Assembly: GCF_036321535.1 (NCBI RefSeq)
Contig: NC_087459.1
Location: 28,954,001 to 29,018,000 of the forward strand
Length of the DNA stretch: 64,000 nt
DNA from: Camelus dromedarius
Taxonomy: Eukaryota
Direction of reading: 5' to 3'
Numbering within the stretch: the first letter of the stretch is position 1; each line of letters starts with the position of its first letter. The translations under genes and the position numbers were made by a program. Shown piece by piece: positions 1 to 16,854 of this stretch. The notes under the pieces are model-generated. The model made no database searches and was not told the origin of the DNA. It was given only the letters and a program-made list of their open reading frames with translations.

Positions 1-989
1 CCAGTTCTAAACTTCTATTTTTGTTATTAGCTGGAAGAGTTCTATTAAAAAAAAAAACTTCCCTTCATCGGCTATCTGATAAAGGCAGATAGAGGCTTGA
101 TTTTCCCCTTTACTTAGCAGTTTTCAGAATAATGAATCGATTCTCTGGCATCCTCCAAAAGTGAGCATTTGGGGGGTCATTATGAACTCATGAATTTAAC
201 CGTATTTGTCTTTCAATCCATTGCAGTTCTTACCCTTCTTGGTGCTTGAATTACCCTATCCTTTGGCCTATGGGAGCCTCTTCAAGTTTGCTCCTGAGTC
301 TTTTTGACATTATCCTGGTGATCTTTGATAGACATCTCTCTTCAGAGCTGAAATATGATCTCCATGGGCAAAATGGGCCAGGAAAGATAAGGCAGGATAT
401 TATTTCTGAAGTCTTTTTCTCTTCTCCCCTTGGGTTTGAAAGTCTTCCCTCCCCCATGAAGGCCTCCCTGACCCAGCTCTTTTCTCCTCTCCCAGCTCCC
501 TCTCACCTCTGGCTATGCTGCCCTAGAGTTCTCTGCTTTACCGGAGTTTCAAAAGGTGGAAAGTCAGCATTGGAGGTGGCTTAGTGACCCCAGGAAGGGA
601 TGTGGAATCCGAGGTGAGTTTTACCTGGTGTCAGGCAGGCAGGGCTGGGTCCAGGCCGACTTCCCAGGGGATGCTCATCCCTCCAGCCTCCATGTGAGGT
701 TCATAGTGCCAGCACACCCTAAGTTCTTTCAGCTTCTAACTCGTCACAGCCCTCCAATTCTTGTACATCCAGCAGAAGGGCTTCGTAGCCCTGGCTCATG
801 GCAGCCTTAAACGCCTGCCTTTGCCTGAGCCCCTCCAAGCCTGACTCTGTCCACTCCCACCTCTCACTCCAGGTTTGCTGGAGTCTGGTCTCTCTCTCTC
901 ATCTCCCCCATCTCTGTCTCTATCCCCACCCATCTCTCTTCAGCCTCATGGGAGGCACTGCACCATCTTATTCAGTCTCCTCAACAACC

Positions 990-1085
990 CTCTAATCATT
1001 CCTATTTTACAGATAAGGAAGGTGAGAAACTTAGCTCTCAGTGTGGATCTGGGATTTGAACCCACACATGTTGGCTCCTCAATGC
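990..1085 (-). mobile_element. MIR fragment
   Basis: cctattttacagataagga...gggatttgaaccc. Confidence 0.6.
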
Positions 1086-1179
1086 CTGACACCTGTTTCC
1101 TACCTCTGCTTCTTGTCACTGAGCATAATCCCTGTCCCGTCTTCCTCCTCCTTGAACAGTTAACTACTTTTTAAAAAAA

Positions 1180-2830
1180 AAAAATATATATCTATTTTTC
1201 TGATTTCAGAATGAAGATGTACACATAAAAATTCAAGCAATATAAATTTCCTATTTTTTAAAAGACAAATTAAGCCCTCTCTCAGACCTCAAAATAATTA
1301 CCATCAACTATTTGGTACATTTCCTTCCGGACCTATATAAAAATTTATGAATAAATAATTTTTCTAAAAATGTACTTTCTCTGTATGCACTTTTCTGGCA
1401 ATTGCTTTATTCACTTATTAATTTATTGTGAACTACTTCTTGTGTTTAGAACATCTATATCTTCTGCATTCTATTTAACAGCTTCAGTTTTCCATTGTTA
1501 ACATAAATTATTTAGTCAGTGCCATACTGATGAATTGGTTGTTTCCAGTTTTTCATTATTTCAAACAATGCTGCAGTTAGCACCCTTGTGCATTTAGCTC
1601 TGCACACTTGTGTGACTGTTTCCATAGGATAAATTCCTGGAAATGGAATTTCTGAGTCAAAACTATGCACATTTAAAATTTTAATAAATATTTTAAAACT
1701 GACCTCCAGAGAGACTGTATTAATTTACATTTACACAATGAGTGCCTGTTTTCTGCACATATTTGCCAGATTGATGTTTTGAATTTTTTTCAGATTTGTC
1801 TGATAGGTGAAACTATTTTATTATTGCTATGTTTTGCATTACGTATTAAGGATGAACATGTTTGTTGGTAATTTCTGTTTCTTGGGTGAGTTGTCTGTTC
1901 ACGGCCTTTTTTCACATTTGTTTGGGTTGTTTTTCCTTTTTTCTTATCAACACAAATCTTTCTTATTATTACATCAATATTTTTCATATGTGTTAGAAGT
2001 ATTTTCCTAGTTTAATGTTTGTAGTTTGACTTTGCCATATAGAAGTTTTAGCTGTGAAGGGGATCAAACTTAAAAGTCTTTTGGTTTATTTGTTTCTGGT
2101 TTTCATGTCATTTAATTTACTTATTTATTTATTGGCTGAATGGATTGTTCTTTTCTTTAATAATTGATCCATGTCATTTTAGAAGGGCCTCCTCCCTCTT
2201 AAGTCTATAAGAATGTTCACCCACTTTTCCCTTTTCATGTTTTGTTTTTACATTTAAATTTTTGGTATAGTGAATGAAATAGAAATCCAGCTTCCCACAC
2301 TCTCCCTTGACTGGCTAATTGTTCAAGAAACAATTGTCAATATAATGTTTTCCCCACCACTGAAGTGCCACTTTTATCATATAGGTGCTAAATTTCCATG
2401 TGCGTTTGCCACTATTTCTGGACTCGGTTCTGATGGACCGTGCCAGTCCTGTGCCAATCCCAGCTCACTATGCTTTTATTTCAACCTACAGTATTTGGTA
2501 GCCAGGTCTCCCTGTTTACTCATCTGTTTCAGAGTGTTCTGGTTTTTCTCATTTTCATTCTTGGTGAACTTCTGAGTTATTTTGTCAAGTTTCCCAAATT
2601 ATCCTTTTGGGATTTAGAGACTGACTGCATTGAATTTTATGGATTTAGGGAAAACTTACATCTTTTATTGTCTTCTTATCAAAGAACTAGTTATTACTCT
2701 GTTTATTCAAGTCTTCTTTGGTTGAATCACTCAGAGGACTTCAGTTTTATTGACTGATCAAATATAGGTCATGTACATTTCTTGTTAAAGTTACTCCTAG
2801 ATATTTTACTTTTCACTCTTGTAAATGAGA
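1180..2830 (-). mobile_element. Old L1 (L1M-type) fragments
   Basis: AT-rich, with recognisable antisense L1 3' phrases (e.g. ggttgtttccagtttttcattatttcaaacaatgctgca). Boundaries approximate. Confidence 0.6.
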
Positions 2831-2869
2831 TATTTCCTTCCATTAATTTTTTAACTAATCATTAAAAAG

Positions 2870-3260
2870 CTGCTGGAAATCCTGTTACTTTTCAACAACA
2901 TGGATGGAACTTGAAAGCATAATGCTAAGTGAAATAAGTCAGAGAAACACAAATACTGTATGATCTCACTAATATGTGGAATCAAGGAAAAAAAAAAAAA
3001 AAAGAAAACCAAACTCAAAGATAAGAACAGATTGGTGGCTGTCTGAGGTTGGGGGGGGGGGGGATGGATGAAGGTAGTGAAAAGGTCCAAACTTCCAGTT
3101 ATGAGATAATTAAGTCCTGGGGACATAATGTACAGCATGGTGACTACAGTTAACAATACTGTATTGTACATTTGAAAGTTGCAAAGAGAGTAGATCTTAA
3201 AAGTCCTTATCACCAGAAAAAAACTGTAACTATTTGTGATGATGGATGTTAACTAAACTT
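2870..3260 (+). mobile_element. L1 3' end (L1MA-like)
   Basis: caacatggatggaacttgaaagcataatgctaagtgaaataagtcag...cagcatggtgactacagttaacaatactgtattg, typical L1 ORF2-end/3'UTR. Confidence 0.8.
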
Positions 3261-3261
3261 A

Positions 3262-3385
3262 CTGGGGTGTAAGTTTTTGTAACTGAGATATAACTGACAT
3301 ATAACACTGTAGGTGTACAACATAATGATTTGCTATATGTATATATTGTGAAATGATCACCCCAATAAGTGTGATCTCTGTCCAC
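3262..3385 (-). mobile_element. L1 3' terminal fragment, opposite orientation
   Basis: ttgtaactgagatataactgacatataacactgt...gtacaacataatgattt, an antisense L1 tail. Confidence 0.6.
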
Positions 3386-4179
3386 ACCTTCTCTTTTGGA
3401 GCTCAGTCTTGGCCTTGAGTACCATTTTTGTGTTGATGACTTGTAATGTCCATAGTCTTGTCTTCTCTCCCAAACCATCAACATTTTCTGTCTAACTTGT
3501 TTCCTAAATTTCAAAAATTCTCATACCACTGTCATAATTTTTCATATTCTGTATACCACCTGTACTATTATTTATTTGTTTCCTATTTCTCTTTAAATCA
3601 ACTCATTAAAAATAAATTTAGCCTTCTCTTGTGCAATGACAGCTGTGAAACTACAAATAGTCTGATGTGCTGATTATAATGTTTCTAATATGAATGAAAA
3701 TAAATAAAAAACTATTAAAGCTTTAAAAAAATTCTTCATACCTCTTAAAAACATCTCTGGTATCATCCATTTTTGAATCTCTGGTCTAGCTGGCAGCAAA
3801 TCTTTCAACCTGAATATTCACCATTGCTTCAAATTCCACGGTCTTCCCTCAAAGTCCTGCTCAACCCCAAGTTCCAGGCTTTGTCAAGGTGATCATTTCC
3901 TCAATCATATGAGCTCCAAACTTGGGCTTCGCAGATGCCCCATTTGGCTCCTTCATCCCCATCCGGAGGATGTTTTCTTTCAGCTGCATCTTGCAAACTG
4001 TCCCTTGCCTTCCATTCTCCGAGACACTCTTTTTATCCTCCTCCCTGGATTCCTTCCTGAGGACCAGCATCTTGCTTTGAGGCCCATCTTTCTGAACCAA
4101 CTTCATCAAGGTTGACTCACTGCCCTCTGCATTATTTAAACACAGTTGCTGCCCCGACCCCATCCCCGCGGATAATCAT

Positions 4180-4440
4180 ACTGTGATCTGGGAACTTTCC
4201 CTCCCACCCCTGCTCCTCCAAACCTTACCTGTCCTTTGAGGCTCACTGTCCAGGAAGCCTTGTCGGATGAGTCCAGCCCTCTCCCTCTCTTACTCCTGGA
4301 GCACTGTCCAGTGTCGGCTCAGGTATCTCATCTCCCTGAATAGACTATAAGCTGATTGAGGACAGGCTTCAGTCTGAATCTTCCTTCTGCATCGGCGCAT
4401 GGCCATGCATACATCAGATGCTCAGTAAATGCTTGCTGGG
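4180..4440 (+). mobile_element. L2 3' fragment
   Basis: tagactataagctgattgaggacagg...gatgctcagtaaatgcttgctg resembles the L2 3' end. Confidence 0.55.
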
Positions 4441-4624
4441 TGACTTCCTGGTGGCATTCCCAAAGACTTACCTCCAACTCCACCTCTCCCCGTCACTTGC
4501 CATAGTAACCCTCCCTGCACAACCTCCAACTCCCACCAAGCCAGGGCGAGAGGGAAAACGAAACAGGTGTAAGAAAGACGGAGCACACTGAAATAGAAGA
4601 AGCCGGTTCTAGGATCGTTAGTCT

Positions 4625-4630
4625 TTTAAT
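4625..4630 (-). terminator. Probable NYAP1 poly(A) signal (ATTAAA)
   Basis: TTTAAT on the + strand about 900 nt past the NYAP1 stop, at the end of an AT-rich 3'UTR segment. Position is inferred. Confidence 0.55.
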
Positions 4631-5536
4631 ATATTATTCTGAAAAGAAAGGAATTTAAAAAAAAGTTCCTGACATCTCTTCTGTGTGTTTTTTTAAATTT
4701 AAATAAATACCCTGCCCGCCCCCCACCCGCTAAAATTTCCCTCCTTCCCAATCATCCCGCCCATCCCTGGTGCTAGTCCCTCACCCTCCCCAGCTAAGTA
4801 AGATGCCTGTTTCAGAGCAGGCCAGGCTCACTACCAAATACTGGCACCTTGTAAATACTGCAAATGAGTCCTCTGGCCCTCAGCTCACCAGGGCCTCTCC
4901 GGTCTCCTGTTCCACCCCGCCTTGCAGACCAGTCCCCAGCTTTAGGTGGGGCATGGATAGTGGGGCCTTTAGGCATTGGGGAGAGTGAGTACCAACTTGA
5001 TTCCCTTTACTTGCCTGCGATTCCCCACTCCCTGTTCAGGAGTAGGCCAGAAGGGCCCAGAATTGCCCTCCGGACTAAAATAAATAACAAAATAAATACC
5101 ACCTCCCCCATCCCCCACTCTCTAAAAGGGCCCCTCTACCTCTCACTCTCTAGTCCCTGTCCGTCACTGACCCTCCCCCCTTCTTCCTCCCTAGCCCTTC
5201 CCTCCTCCCGCGTGCTGATCTCCAGCTTGGCCTTCGCCCTCTCCAGAGGAGGGATCTACTTCGCTCAGTGGGGAGAGCAGCCGAGGGCCTCACTCCCAAC
5301 CTTGAGCAAACCCTCCCCCAAATTCCTGGGGGTTGCTGCTTGGCGCCCCAAGCCCAGTGGGCCCGGCAGACTCCCGTCTCGGGGGTTAGGGTGGAGGGCA
5401 GGGGTTCTCCCTGGCTCGCTCTCACCTGGTCCTTCAAGCGTCCCTCTTTCAAGGCAAGTTTCCGGGAGGGCCGGTCACCTCTGCCCCGCCTCGCCCCGCC
5501 CCGCCCCCCGGCCGGTGCCCCGGCCTCCCGCCCTCC

Positions 5537-11616
<6,080 letters not shown>

Positions 11617-12879
11617 TCAGCACCACCAGGCCCGGGGGGCGGCCCTCCCTGGGTCCCGGATCCACTTGGTGGGGGGGGGGGGTGGAAAGGAAAAAAAGAA
11701 AGATGTGGGGTGGGTGGGGGCCAGGAATGAATGAGAGAGAGAAAGGAGCAGAGACGTGACTCGGGTCCTCAGAGAGAGGAAAACAGATGGAGGCACAGAA
11801 AACCCAATACCGCCTCCAGGCCCCACAGACAGACAGACATAAACGGACGTGTATACACAGAGTCACACACCCTGACAAAGGTGTTCAGAGCCACGGATAC
11901 ACACACTTGAGAGATCAGATCCACACAGACTCCCGTTCTGTAAATACATCCTGATTCCCCATACAGTCCCCACAAACGCACAGCAACCCCACAGCCACAC
12001 ACACACATTCAGACACACAAACCACCAGGCCACAGATTCGTGTCTACAAGCAGAGGACCAGATACGCAGAGTGGCATAGGTAAACACAACCTAGGAACAG
12101 CCAGACACACAGACATAAACACCCTGACACACCCACAGCACACACAGACCTCCAGACGCACACAGATCAACTGCACCGAACTGGACGTACCTATAGACAA
12201 GGAGTTATGCCGGGGCCTACTCGCCTACACTGCACCCCACTGGGGAAGGGGGAGACAGTCAGACACCCTACCCCCTCTTGGGGCCTGAGGCTGGGGGGTG
12301 TCATGAGGGCAAGGCGGGGATGCTGGAGAAAGGGTGGGGGCACTCTGAGTCAGGCACCTACAAGACCACTCATCCATTCCCTGCCGTCCCCTTCTCCAGT
12401 CCTTCGCCTGGGCCCGGGCTCTGGTCCACCCCTGTTCCTGCACCCTGGCCCCTCAGCGATGGTCTCCGCCTCCCTCGCTGATGGCCCAAATCACCTTCCT
12501 CTTCCAGGATCTGGGAGGCTCCTGGCTTCCCTCTCCCAGTCCCCGCCCCTCCAGCCCACCCCGGGGTCTCCAGTCTGGCCCCTTAGCTACCTTCCGAGCG
12601 TCGGCCTCCATACCTGCTCTGGTTTCCCTTCTCCCAAACACTCTCCTTTGCGCCTTCAGCCTCACCTCTCTTCCTAGGCGCCCCTCCTCACTGCCGTCCT
12701 CTCCCTTCCCTGTTTGTTCCAAACCTGGCCGGCTTCATCCCCTTCTCCATCCAAGAGCCCCAGGTTCCCGGGCACCCCTCCCCTTCCCCTTGTCCTGCTA
12801 TCCTGGGTTTCTCCGTCTCTCGCCCCGCCGATCCTCCCTACCCCTTGTCCCCCATCCCACCTCCCCGCACCAAGCCTCC

Positions 12880-13700
12880 CCAGTTTCTACATCACCGTAC
12901 CTGGCCTGCCGGGCGCCGGCCCCCCCATGCCGGGCTCCGCCCGGAGCAGGAGGAGGGAGGACGAGAGACAGAGAGAGACCGGGGGGAGCCGAGCAGGGCC
13001 CTGCCGCAGAGACAGCCCCGCCTCCGGGTCCGCCCCCAGACCCGCCCCCGGCCCCAAACCCACCCTTCCACACCCTCCAAGGACGGAGCGGGAGCGGCCG
13101 CGCAGCGCTACGCCGCTAGGCTGGGGTGGGGGGGTTGGGGCACGGGGCCAGCGGTGTCCGCGGGGGAACTCGGAGAAAGGTCGTGGGGCGCGGGGGACCC
13201 CGCGCCAGCCCGCCCCGGCTTTGGGGCGTCCGCTCCTCGCCTTCCCTCGCCCTTGCCCGGTCGGGCCGTGCTGGGTTCGATGTCCAAGGCCCCGGCGGAG
13301 CGAAGCGGGACGCGGCGCGCAGCGGCGCCCTCCAGCGGCGGCCCGGGGCCTGCACCCACGCGCGTACCCCGTGCACCAGGCGCTCCCCGGGTGCGCACCC
13401 CGCGTCCGGCCGGGGCGAGGCTGCGGCTGCGGAGCCCGGGATGCAGTGAGGCGGCGAGGCCGGCAGGGGGGGCCTGTTTCCGGGCCGAGGGGCTCCCGAG
13501 AGTGGGGAGCCGAACCATCCGCGTCTTTGTCCAGCAGGGGGCGTGCTCCCTTGGCCTTGCCCCGTCTTCCAGACGCCCCCCAGGTACGGGGAGGGAACAG
13601 GAGTTGGCTCGCTTGGTGCTCGTCGCCTATTCCTGCAGCCTCTCAGGCGTTCAGACCTTGTTTCACCGCCTAGGCTCAAAATCTCTTGCCTGTCTGCCCC
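12880..13700. promoter_or_regulatory. CpG-island promoter of NYAP1
   Basis: Very GC- and CpG-rich, with multiple GGGCGG boxes, upstream of NYAP1 on the - strand. Confidence 0.75.
12901..13080 (-). other. NYAP1: Probable non-coding exon 1 of NYAP1 (TSS end approximate); splices to an acceptor at 11664
   Basis: Minus-strand donor CAG|GTACGG at 12901/12900 inside a CpG island. A long pyrimidine tract plus AAG acceptor lies at 11665/11664, upstream of the ATG at 11580. Confidence 0.55.
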
Positions 13701-14384
13701 TGCGGTCTCAAGTAACCTTTGACTCGGCGAAATAATGAATGCAAAGAGCTTTATAAGTCGTAAAGGGCCCCATACATTAAAAGGCTATTATAAATACCCT
13801 TGGGAGACGTAACACATAAAAATACATAACAGTCCTTTCCCATGTGAATAAACTTTTATTTATTAATTCAACAAACATTTCCACAGAGACCAACAATGTC
13901 CCGTAGACAAGGAGGAGTCCAAGTTGAAGTTGAGCGTCTGAGTGAGTCGGTGGGAAGGGGAGGATCCAAAGATAAGTTTGAATAGTTTGTAGCGAGTCAG
14001 CGCCGAAAGAAGGAGGATCTGGGGGCGGAGCAGCGGGGCTGTGTTCTGAATATTGCCAGAGGGGAGAGAGTCTGGGGCGAGTGGCGGGGGTTGTGTGGGA
14101 GGCTGCTTCCTGGACCTCACCACTTGGGAGGCCTCAGGATCTGACGATGGTAGTAGCCACTGTTACCGTGAAGGGAGAGAAACAGGCGTGCAGATGCATT
14201 TCAACAAAGAGATAAAGAAGAAATACATAAACTAGGGGCAAGGGGTTTTGCTTCATGTGTTTTTGCCTAACCCTAAAGAATGGTTAAAAATTTCCATGAG
14301 CTAAAGCTGAGGAAGGAAGGGTGTGTCAGACAGCCCATAGGTAGTCTCAGTGCCATCAAATGCTAGCTCTGAGGCCTTGGCAAA

Positions 14385-14480
14385 TAGCCCAACGCCTGTG
14401 AGCCTCAGTTTCCTCAGCAGAACACTGGAGCTTGGAACCACCCCATCTGCCCAGGGCTGTTTTGAGAAACCGTTGAGATA
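14385..14480 (+). mobile_element. MIR fragment
   Basis: ccttggcaaat...tgagcctcagtttcctca. Confidence 0.6.
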
Positions 14481-15399
14481 GTTACGTGGAGTGGGCAAAT
14501 ATGAGGAATTTTAATATGCTTGAAAAGAGTTCCATATGACCAAAATTAATTAGAATCCATTTCCTTCTGACCCTGGGAGTGAAGGCAGTTGTGGTCATTA
14601 GATGCTGCTTTTGCTAAAATAATGCCTGTCAGAAAGTTGCTTGGGAGATCAAAAAAGAGAAAATGGCAGTTGGAGATTTATTCTTCACGCCAAAGCACAT
14701 AGTAGGCCCTTTATGAGTGTGTGTGGATTCTCCATAGTGAGCAAGGAACGAGATGGGGAGGTGGGAAGGGTGGAATATGGATGGAAAGGGTCCAGGCATT
14801 GTGGCCAGCCTGGTTCCTCATCAGGCCGGTGCATCTGTATGGGTGACTGTGTGTGATCAACGACTGGAGAGAAAATGCAAGTCAGCACCTTCGTGAACAA
14901 GTCTTCGTTGTTTCTTTATATTGGGAGCCAGACAAGGACACACCTGAGTGTGTGAAATGTCCCTGCTCTACCGCTGACAGCCTTTCTGAACCTCCTGGCT
15001 CTCAATTTCCACATCCAAGAAAAGGAATAATACGATGTTTGGGATTTGCTTCAAATACTCCAGCACAATACAACAAAGGATACTGGGGGTATAGACCGAA
15101 CAATTTGGCGGTGAGTTGATAATTGTTCATGCTGGGTACCTGGGAGATCATGATACCATTCTCTCTACTTTGGGGCCTGTTTGAAAATTGTCCTAAGAGT
15201 CCACTTTAAAAAATTAGGACAGGGGAGAAAAACAGGTTCTTCCTCATACAGTTACTGTGAAAACCAGCGAAGATATGACAATAACAGCTGCAGCGGCACC
15301 ATAACAATTTACTGGGCGCTTATGGGGTGGCAGGCACCCAGCAGAATCCTGGTTAACTTCCTTCCCACTCTTCTGCGTGTCTGTAGGCCAATGGCAGCA

Positions 15400-16300
15400 A
15401 GTGTCTACAAGTAAGGGAATCCCTGGCCTCCCCGCTAACTCCTCCCCCCTAACTCCTCCCCCTTTCTCTCCGCCCTCCACGGCCCCTCCCTCCGAGGAAG
15501 AGCTGGGCTAGGGCCCAGCAGGTGTGGGGTTAAGGCAGCCTGTTCCGGGCCCCTGGAACAGCAGCGGCGGCAGCAACTGCACCAGCAGCGGCGGTGGCAG
15601 GCCTGGCCCCGGGCCAGTTGGCCGGGAGCCCCAGGAGCGAGAGAGGGCGGAGGAAGAGGAGGAGGAGGAGGAGGAGGAGAGGAGCAGTCAGCAGGCCCGA
15701 GGAGGCAGGACTTCCTGGTGTGGGGGTTGTCAACAGCCCAGAAAGAGAGACTGAGAGGAGCGGAGGAGCGGAGAGAGACCCAGCGGTGCCACGCGGGAGG
15801 AGGCTTGGGAGAGCCGCTCGCCGCGACCACCGAGGCGGCTCCACCTAGAGGATTGGGGGGCTGAGCCGCCCCCTCCCGCGTCCGTCCGCAGACCTTCGGG
15901 GACTTAAGAGGCCGCGCCTGGGTTCCGCCAAGGAGGCGGGGGTTCCTTCTTTTCTGGACAGCAAACTTTCCGCGGAGATGCCTTGTGGGGCGAGGTGCGG
16001 CCCCCAAAGAGGGCTGGACAGCCTCTGATCGCCGCCTGCGCCCCTCCAGCCCCAGCAGCTGGGGCCAGGAGGCCCCAGGGAGAGAACAGCCCAACAGCTT
16101 AGGCGGCTGGGACCCCCGGCCCAGCTGTGTGGCCGCGGCCGAGAGGTAGGGCTCTGGACTGGGCGGGGCGTGGCGCTGGGGCGGCAGGGCAGGGCCTGCC
16201 CCGGGGATGGGGGAGCTGGGGCGCGGGGGGGGGCCTCGGGGGCCCAGCAGAGGTCTCCCGGAGGCCTGATCAGGCTGAGGAGCGGCTTCACCCCTGTTCA
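15400..16300. promoter_or_regulatory. CpG-island promoter and non-coding exon 1 of TSC22D4 (candidate donor GAG|GTGCGG at 15994/15995)
   Basis: CpG-rich, with GC boxes, ETS site ACTTCCTGG at 15710, (GAG)8 at 15656-15679 and a 14-bp tandem duplication CTAACTCCTCCCCC at 15435-15462. Exon 2 acceptor TTTTTCTAG| at 16580/16581. Confidence 0.7.
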
Positions 16301-16854
16301 CCCAAGACTTGAAGCCCTTGCCCTTGGGTGGGACGGCTTGGGTCCCGTAAGTTTGAATCTCAGCGAGAAATGCTCAGCTTTGGATCTGGGCTGCCTCTTC
16401 CTGCTCTCTGTGACCTCCCCAATCTGTCCCCTCTGCTCTGGTCTCTGTCATCTCTGTCTCTTTGTCTCTGGGTCTCTGGCGGTTTCCCCTTCCTCCCTCA
16501 CTCTGCTCCCCAGAGAGGAAGCCCCGGAGATGGCCTGCCCACTGCTTTCTCATACACACACACTCTCTCTCTTTTTCTAGTTTGCAAACTCAGCTCTGGA
16601 GTTCGGCAGCAACAGCAGCAGGAAAAACCTGCCCCTGCCCCCCCTACTCCCGCCGCCTCCCCTACCCTCTTCTCCCTTCACCAACCAGGCACCCACAGTT
16701 CCCGCCAGGCCCTTCTGCCATGTTGGACCCAGACGTCGCCCGGGGCCCTGATGTCCCCGCCATGTGGCCCCCCTGTTCCAGGGGCGCCTGAGCCCCTCGA
16801 AGAGCCATCACCGCCCCCCTGCCCACCTTGGCCCAGTCCTGAGCCCCAGGGACC

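Noticed and set aside
13847-13866. Back-to-back poly(A) signals between the divergent NYAP1 and TSC22D4 promoters
   Set aside because: The TTTATT lies in what looks like an L2 tail (ttattaattcaacaaacattt), so the pairing is probably incidental.
12481-16301. Long ORFs of 200-320 aa in the NYAP1 and TSC22D4 CpG islands
   Set aside because: Stop-poor GC-rich promoter DNA gives Pro/Arg/Gly-rich ORFs in many frames by chance; no homology recognised.
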